A stretch of DNA of 12,288 nt, from assembly GCA_049966395.1 (NCBI GenBank), contig JBMFUT010000021.1, positions 1-12,288 on the forward strand, in the 5' to 3' direction. Under the pieces are notes generated by a model, which worked only from the letters and a program-made list of their open reading frames with translations, did no database searches and had not been told where the DNA came from. Position 1 is the stretch's first letter. Every line of letters starts with the position of its first letter. Positions 8,120 through 12,288 of the stretch are shown here, in pieces. The position numbers were made by a program, and so were the translations under genes. The DNA comes from Candidatus Micrarchaeia archaeon (lineage in GTDB: Archaea; Micrarchaeota; Micrarchaeia; Micrarchaeales; CABMGC01).

Positions 8120-8755
8120 ATGAGAAGCGCAGATGCGGTAACGCTGCTTAGGGTGCCGCTGATATTGTTCCTGGCATACATGGTTTTCGTTAAATTCAGC
8201 GCTCTTGCCGACATAATACTAATGGCAATAATATTCGCAATGGACGCTCTCGACGGCTTCTATGCCGTAAAGGAAGCCGGCAAGGGATCAGTCAGCTTCT
8301 ACCAATATTTGAGCGCAGCCTTAGGCAATGCTGCCGCCAAGGCAAGGGTCTCTGCGCTTAAGAAAAAAATAAAGTCAATTGCGCCGTACGGCCCAAGGCT
8401 TGACGTAGCTGGGGACAGGGTAATAGAATACACTTTGTGGGTGCTGTTCACATACCTGCACATAGTGCCGTTGATAATACTGCTGCTGGTGGTAGTGAGG
8501 CATTCATTTGCCGACGCGCTAATGGGCGCAAGGGGGACCTCTTCGAAGATGAAGACAAAATTCGCATCTGTCATATATTCATCTAATTTGTGGCGGGGAG
8601 GCATAAACGTGGTAAAGTTCGTCACCTTTGCATACCTCGTCATGGTTTACGTTTCAGGCTATCCTATCGACATCGGATATATCCTGGTGGGAATACTTTT
8701 CACTTACATAATGCTGCGAGGCGCGGCTGAGATATACGAATCCCTGAAGGCATGA
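8120..8755 (+). CDS. CDP-alcohol phosphotransferase family membrane protein (phospholipid headgroup synthase-like)
   Basis: N-terminal AD.VTLLR (equivalent to PN.lT..R), split signature DALDG..A ... G..LD..GD, and multiple transmembrane segments. Start is ATG 8120 or 8105. Confidence 0.8.
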   Translation: MRSADAVTLLRVPLILFLAYMVFVKFSALADIILMAIIFAMDALDGFYAVKEAGKGSVSFYQYLSAALGNAAAKARVSALKKKIKSIAPYGPRLDVAGDRVIEYTLWVLFTYLHIVPLIILLLVVVRHSFADALMGARGTSSKMKTKFASVIYSSNLWRGGINVVKFVTFAYLVMVYVSGYPIDIGYILVGILFTYIMLRGAAEIYESLKA

Positions 8756-8764
8756 ATATCCTAT

Positions 8765-9397
8765 TCATTCAATGAGCATTGCGACTATTTCCTCGAAGAA
8801 GAAACGCGCCTTCTTTGTGGCTTCCACAGAATACCCAAGCGATTCGATAGCGTCAAGCAGCTTGTCGTATTCGCTTGCAGTGCTTGCGACGAGCACAGCC
8901 CTGCCGCCACGCTTGAGGTGCCCGCCAAGCTCCTCAAGGAACCTTATCGAGAGCTCTATGCCTTCCTCGCCTCCGTCCCATGCTCTCGACGCTTCGGGAT
9001 GGCGCTCGTCAGATTCCTCATGCCTGAGGTACGGCGCGTTGAATATCACGAGATCATAGCTTCCTTCTAAGTTCTGGAAGAGATCAGAAACCACAAACCT
9101 GCATGCGCAACCCTTCACGTGCTCCATGTTTCTGGCAAAGTTGGCCCTGGCAAGCGCAATCGCCTCGCTTCTGATGTCAGCGAATGTAACACTCTTAGCC
9201 TTTCCGCTCTTTGCACAAACAAGCCCTAGCACGCCCGTACCTGTGCCCACGTCAAGCACGTCTATTTCTTTGTCCTTCCGCTGCGAAAGGTATTCCTTCA
9301 CCAATTCAGCCGCAAGCAAGGAGTCGTCGGAGGGTTCGTAGACTTCATCTGAAACCTCTATCGAAAGACCCTCGAATTCCACCAATATCGCCTGCAC
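8765..9397 (-). CDS. HemK/PrmC (Mtq2)-related class I SAM-dependent methyltransferase
   Basis: VYEPSDDS.L, VLDVGTGTG, SDLF, DLVIFNAPYL (NPPY-like), WDGG.EG and a C-terminal FFE.I, typical of archaeal HemK-related proteins. The start is uncertain (GTG 9397, TTG 9385 or GTG 9382). The ORF-track extension to 9439 is a T-rich tract. Confidence 0.88.
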   Translation of the reverse strand: MQAILVEFEGLSIEVSDEVYEPSDDSLLAAELVKEYLSQRKDKEIDVLDVGTGTGVLGLVCAKSGKAKSVTFADIRSEAIALARANFARNMEHVKGCACRFVVSDLFQNLEGSYDLVIFNAPYLRHEESDERHPEASRAWDGGEEGIELSIRFLEELGGHLKRGGRAVLVASTASEYDKLLDAIESLGYSVEATKKARFFFEEIVAMLIE

Positions 9398-9399
9398 AT

Positions 9400-9452
9400 A
9401 AAAAGCGCAAAATAAGGAAAGAAAAACAAAAGAAAACAAAAAGTGGATAAAA
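9400..9452 (-). terminator. Oligo-T-rich tract; probable archaeal terminator of the DUF1059-like gene
   Basis: The minus strand reads ...CTTTTTGTTTTCTTTTGTTTTTCTTTCCTTATTTTGCGCTTTTT, starting about 20-30 nt after the TAA stop at 9471. Confidence 0.5.
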
Positions 9453-9470
9453 TGGCAGCATTAAGCGCGA

Positions 9471-9644
9471 TTACGCTTCTTTTATGGCCGCCTTTATCTT
9501 TGCCATTGTTGCCTTGTCTATCTTCTTCATGTTGTGCGCAGTCCTTGCGTGTTCTGCTATCTGTTTCATCAGTGCGTTTTCGTCCATTGCTGTCGCTTTG
9601 AAGTCACAATCCATCCCTATGTCTCGGCATGCAAAACTCTTCAC
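9471..9644 (-). CDS. DUF1059-like small metal-binding protein (57 aa), absent from the ORF track
   Basis: Manual translation: MKSFACRDIGMDCDFKATAMDENALMKQIAEHARTAHNMKKIDKATMAKIKAAIKEA*. It has the C-x6-C ... H-x4-H pattern and the I..AI end typical of DUF1059. GTG start with GGTGG 4 nt upstream, and a TTTTTATA box at 9677-9684 on the minus strand. Confidence 0.9.
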   Translation of the reverse strand: MKSFACRDIGMDCDFKATAMDENALMKQIAEHARTAHNMKKIDKATMAKIKAAIKEA

Positions 9645-9744
9645 AAAACCACCAGTATCGCTTAGCCCCGCTCAAATATAAAAATGCAGATGCCTTCCGC
9701 GGCAAGATTTTTAAAACAAACTTTTTTCGGAAAGGCATAAAAAG

Positions 9745-11550
9745 ATGCGCAGAGTAAGGAAAAAAGGTGATTCTCTGCTCTTCAACGATGTCGCGAAGCA
9801 CTACGAAAAGCTTGAAGGAATATCCTCAAGGCTGGCAATGATAGACGAGCTCACCGACATGTTCAAGAAAGTCGACAACAACGAGATTCGCAACCTCATT
9901 TACATAAGCCAGGGAATGCTTGGGCCCCCTTTCATGAGCCCGGAGACAGGCATAGCAGAGAAGTTTGCAGAAGAGGCCATAGCGCGCACTACCGGGTATT
10001 CAAAGGAAGAGGTAATATCAAGTTTCAGGAAGACCGGCGACCTTGGCGTCACTGCAGAGGAATTCATCACAAAAAGCAGGCTGAAGCCCATGGCGAAGAG
10101 GCGCCTCAGCATAAACGACATATTCGGCATAATGCAGAAGATAGCTGAGACGTCCGGCCAGGGAAGCCAGGACACCAAAATAAAGATGCTCTCGGAGCTT
10201 CTGGTCTCGTCAACGCCACTCGAGGCGAGGTACATAGTGAGATTCGCGCTAGGCACCTTGAGGCTAGGGGTGGGCGACGCCACAATACTAGAAGCGCTAT
10301 CAAAATCGAAGACCGGAGAAAGGTCGTTCAAGGAGAGCCTAGAAAAGGCATACAACATATGCAGCGACCTCGGCAAGGTAGGCGAAACCCTTTTCAAGGA
10401 GGGCGCAAAGGGCATAGAGAACTTCAAGGTGGAGCTATTTAGCCCTATAAGACCCGCTCTTGCAGAAAGGCTTCCAACTGCGGAGGAAATACTCGAGAGG
10501 ATGGGTGGAAAGTGCGCAGTGGAAAGCAAGTACGACGGCCTCAGGGCGCAGGTGCACATAGACAAGAAGGCGAAAAAGATAGAGATATTCTCCAGGAGGC
10601 TGGAGCGCCTGACATCAATGTTCCCGGAAATAGTCAAGGCCGCTCTCACAGAGGTAAACGCAAAGGAAGCGATACTAGACGGGGAGGCGATAGCCTACAA
10701 CGACGTGACCGGGGAGTTCAGGCCCTTCCAAGAAACCATACAAAGGAAGAGAAAGCACGGCGTAAAGGAGATGAGCGAGGAGCTTCCGCTGCACGTTTTC
10801 ACTTTCGATGTACTATACCTGAACGGTGAGAGCTATCTGCAAAAGCCCTACCACGAGAGGCGCAAAGCACTTGAATCGATAGTTGCTAATACCGGCACAA
10901 TGAGGATTGCCGACAGGACCATCGCGTCTACGCCGAAGGAGCTGGAAAACTACTTCCAGGATGTCGTGGGCAGGGGCCTGGAAGGCATAGTGGCAAAGGA
11001 CCTCAACGCGGAATACATTGCAGGCGCAAGGAAGTTCAGCTGGATAAAGATGAAAAGGAGTTACAGGGGGGAGCTTACCGATACGGTAGATATAGTCATA
11101 GTCGGCTACTACCTTGGCAAGGGGACGAGGGCGGAATTCCAGTTCGGAGGGTTGCTCTGCGCCACCTACAACGAGAAGAAGGATGTTTTCGAGACCATAA
11201 CCAAAATAGGCACTGGCTTTTCGGAGGCGCAGATGCAGGAATTCAAGGAGCTTCTTGACAAGATAAAAGTGAAGTCAAAGCCGGCCAGGGTTTCTTCGCT
11301 AATAGAGCCAGACTTCTGGGTTGAACCGAAGTACGTCATAACTGTAAAGGCTGACGAGATAACGAAATCGCCGATGCACACGTGCGGCAGGGAGAGGCAG
11401 GCGGATGGCACGGAGTTCGGCTACGCGCTGCGCTTCCCGAGGATTGTGGGCGACATAAGAAAGGACAAGAGCCCCGAAGACGCTACAACTACAAAGGAAA
11501 TACTTGAAATGTTCAACCAGCAGAAGAAGACAAAGATAGAGGACAGCTAG
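9745..11550 (+). CDS. lig: ATP-dependent DNA ligase, archaeal type
   Basis: N-terminal DNA-binding domain (GDLG, EARYIVR, LRLGVG), adenylation motif ESKYDGLRAQVH, ILDGE, FDVLY, EGIVAK, WIKMK, IGTGFS and LRFPR...IR.DK. Start is ATG 9745 or possibly CTG 9775. Confidence 0.97.
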   Translation: MRRVRKKGDSLLFNDVAKHYEKLEGISSRLAMIDELTDMFKKVDNNEIRNLIYISQGMLGPPFMSPETGIAEKFAEEAIARTTGYSKEEVISSFRKTGDLGVTAEEFITKSRLKPMAKRRLSINDIFGIMQKIAETSGQGSQDTKIKMLSELLVSSTPLEARYIVRFALGTLRLGVGDATILEALSKSKTGERSFKESLEKAYNICSDLGKVGETLFKEGAKGIENFKVELFSPIRPALAERLPTAEEILERMGGKCAVESKYDGLRAQVHIDKKAKKIEIFSRRLERLTSMFPEIVKAALTEVNAKEAILDGEAIAYNDVTGEFRPFQETIQRKRKHGVKEMSEELPLHVFTFDVLYLNGESYLQKPYHERRKALESIVANTGTMRIADRTIASTPKELENYFQDVVGRGLEGIVAKDLNAEYIAGARKFSWIKMKRSYRGELTDTVDIVIVGYYLGKGTRAEFQFGGLLCATYNEKKDVFETITKIGTGFSEAQMQEFKELLDKIKVKSKPARVSSLIEPDFWVEPKYVITVKADEITKSPMHTCGRERQADGTEFGYALRFPRIVGDIRKDKSPEDATTTKEILEMFNQQKKTKIEDS

Positions 11551-11678
11551 CGCCTGTGCCTGTTTATGTGGAAAAGGAAGTGGCTTGGATCCGTGAAGCT
11601 CGCCCCGCATACCCAGCACACGTAGCTCTTAGGCTTGGTTTCATGCATGTTGCGCCTGTTTGCAATAAGGTCAATCAT
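11547..11678 (-). CDS. Small C2H2 zinc-finger protein (43 aa)
   Basis: MIDLIANRRNMHETKPKSYVCWVCGASFTDPSHFLFHINRHRR matches Y-x-C-x2-C-x3-F-x5-(hydrophobic)-x2-H-x3-H. Its ATG lies 1 nt after the stop of the upstream gene (TAA-A-ATG), and its stop overlaps the ligase stop in CTAG. Confidence 0.72.
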   Translation of the reverse strand: MIDLIANRRNMHETKPKSYVCWVCGASFTDPSHFLFHINRHRR

Positions 11679-11679
11679 T

Positions 11680-11952
11680 TTACCACTTTCTAGACCTGTA
11701 AACATAATGGTTGGAAAGGACATCCGCGCCATTACCTATCTTGTTTACGATCCTGCCGACGCCATCGGAATTGCCCTTTGCAAAAACGAGGAAGCCGTAC
11801 TTGCCGCTTGTCAGGTGCACAGATTCGACACCCGCGCATGACGCCAGTTCTTTTGCCGCGCTTTCAGTGTCAAGGCCTTTTCTGGGTCTCAACAGTATCA
11901 GATCCCTTTCCAGCCATATTTTTTCGACTTTGTGCTTTGTTTCCCCCACCAA
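11680..11952 (-). CDS. Stand-alone Lrp/AsnC ligand-binding (RAM)-like domain protein with no HTH
   Basis: LILLRP...AAKELASCAGVESVHLTSGKYGFLVFAK resembles the RAM core (l...peV.e.y.vtG.yD.l..v). TTG start with GGTGA 4 nt upstream. Confidence 0.65.
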   Translation of the reverse strand: MVGETKHKVEKIWLERDLILLRPRKGLDTESAAKELASCAGVESVHLTSGKYGFLVFAKGNSDGVGRIVNKIGNGADVLSNHYVYRSRKW

Positions 11953-12167
11953 ACTATCACCAAATTCAATAGAGCCATGGCTGCCATTTATTGGCTATGC
12001 AAGCATAAGATGCGGGGATGGTGGTATAGTATTGCCATAAGAAAGTGGAGCGCGCCAGTGGAGAGTGGAGATCTATTAAAGCGCGCATCTTTCTAAGAAG
12101 CATAAGCCTATTTCCTCCCATGCCCCACACTGAAATCTATTGTGGAGGTATTTTAATATATATGTGG

Positions 12168-12228
12168 CTGGCATGTTTTTCATTGCATTAAAGCGCATGC
12201 CAGTAAAATCAATAATAATTTTGATTTT
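12168..12228. repeat. Two adjacent inverted repeats in the AT-rich intergenic region
   Basis: CTGGCATG (12168-12175) / CATGCCAG (12196-12203) centred on TGCA, and AAAATCAA (12205-12212) / TTGATTTT (12221-12228). Confidence 0.6.
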
Positions 12229-12288
12229 TGTTGCATGTCTGAATTTGAACATATAACAAAATTAACCTAAAACGCATAACATTTTATT

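Noticed and set aside
9604..9801. 65-aa minus-strand ORF and the 9484-9681 plus-strand ORF
   Set aside because: Both conflict with the better-supported DUF1059-like frame and with the ligase start and promoter region.
9900..10649. 249-aa minus-strand ORF
   Set aside because: Antisense shadow of the DNA ligase; Ser/Phe/Leu-rich composition typical of reverse-frame translation.
11679..11732. N-terminal extension of the C2H2 ORF as given by the ORF track
   Set aside because: It overlaps the RAM gene by about 50 nt. ATG 11678, immediately after the RAM stop, is more plausible.
11966..12103. 45-codon minus-strand ORF (MLLRKMRALIDLHSPLARSTFLWQYY...) upstream of the RAM gene
   Set aside because: No RBS, no motif and atypical composition; probably chance, although a leader peptide cannot be excluded.
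11953..12288. CRISPR array or leader, tRNA, or IS end in the non-coding tail
   Set aside because: No regularly spaced 24-40 bp repeats, no cloverleaf and no transposase. A feature beginning beyond the window edge cannot be assessed.

Overview
Archaeal chromosomal window of dense housekeeping genes, about 50% GC, with heavy ATA/AGG codon use, GGTG(A/G) ribosome-binding sites and TATA boxes. The lineage is possibly DPANN/Micrarchaeota-like, which is inference only. From left to right: (-) a single-chain aconitase X (DUF126 small subunit fused to DUF521 large subunit) directly downstream of a UbiD-family decarboxylase, the enzyme pair that defines the archaeal modified mevalonate pathway; (+) stand-alone VKOR; (-) MtaB/CDKAL1-type radical-SAM tRNA methylthiotransferase; (+) 64-aa 8-Cys protein with FYVE-like spacing; (-) type-2 isoleucyl-tRNA synthetase with deviant HIGH and KMSKS motifs; (+) CDP-alcohol phosphotransferase with a large insertion inside its signature motif; (-) HemK/PrmC-like methyltransferase; (-) 57-aa DUF1059-like protein missed by the ORF track; (+) ATP-dependent DNA ligase; (-) a stand-alone Lrp/AsnC ligand-binding (RAM) domain coupled to a 43-aa C2H2 zinc-finger protein; then a palindrome-rich non-coding tail. 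No RNA genes, CRISPR arrays or mobile elements were seen. The best leads are the trimmed fused PMDh, the RAM + C2H2 pair and the FYVE-like mini-protein.
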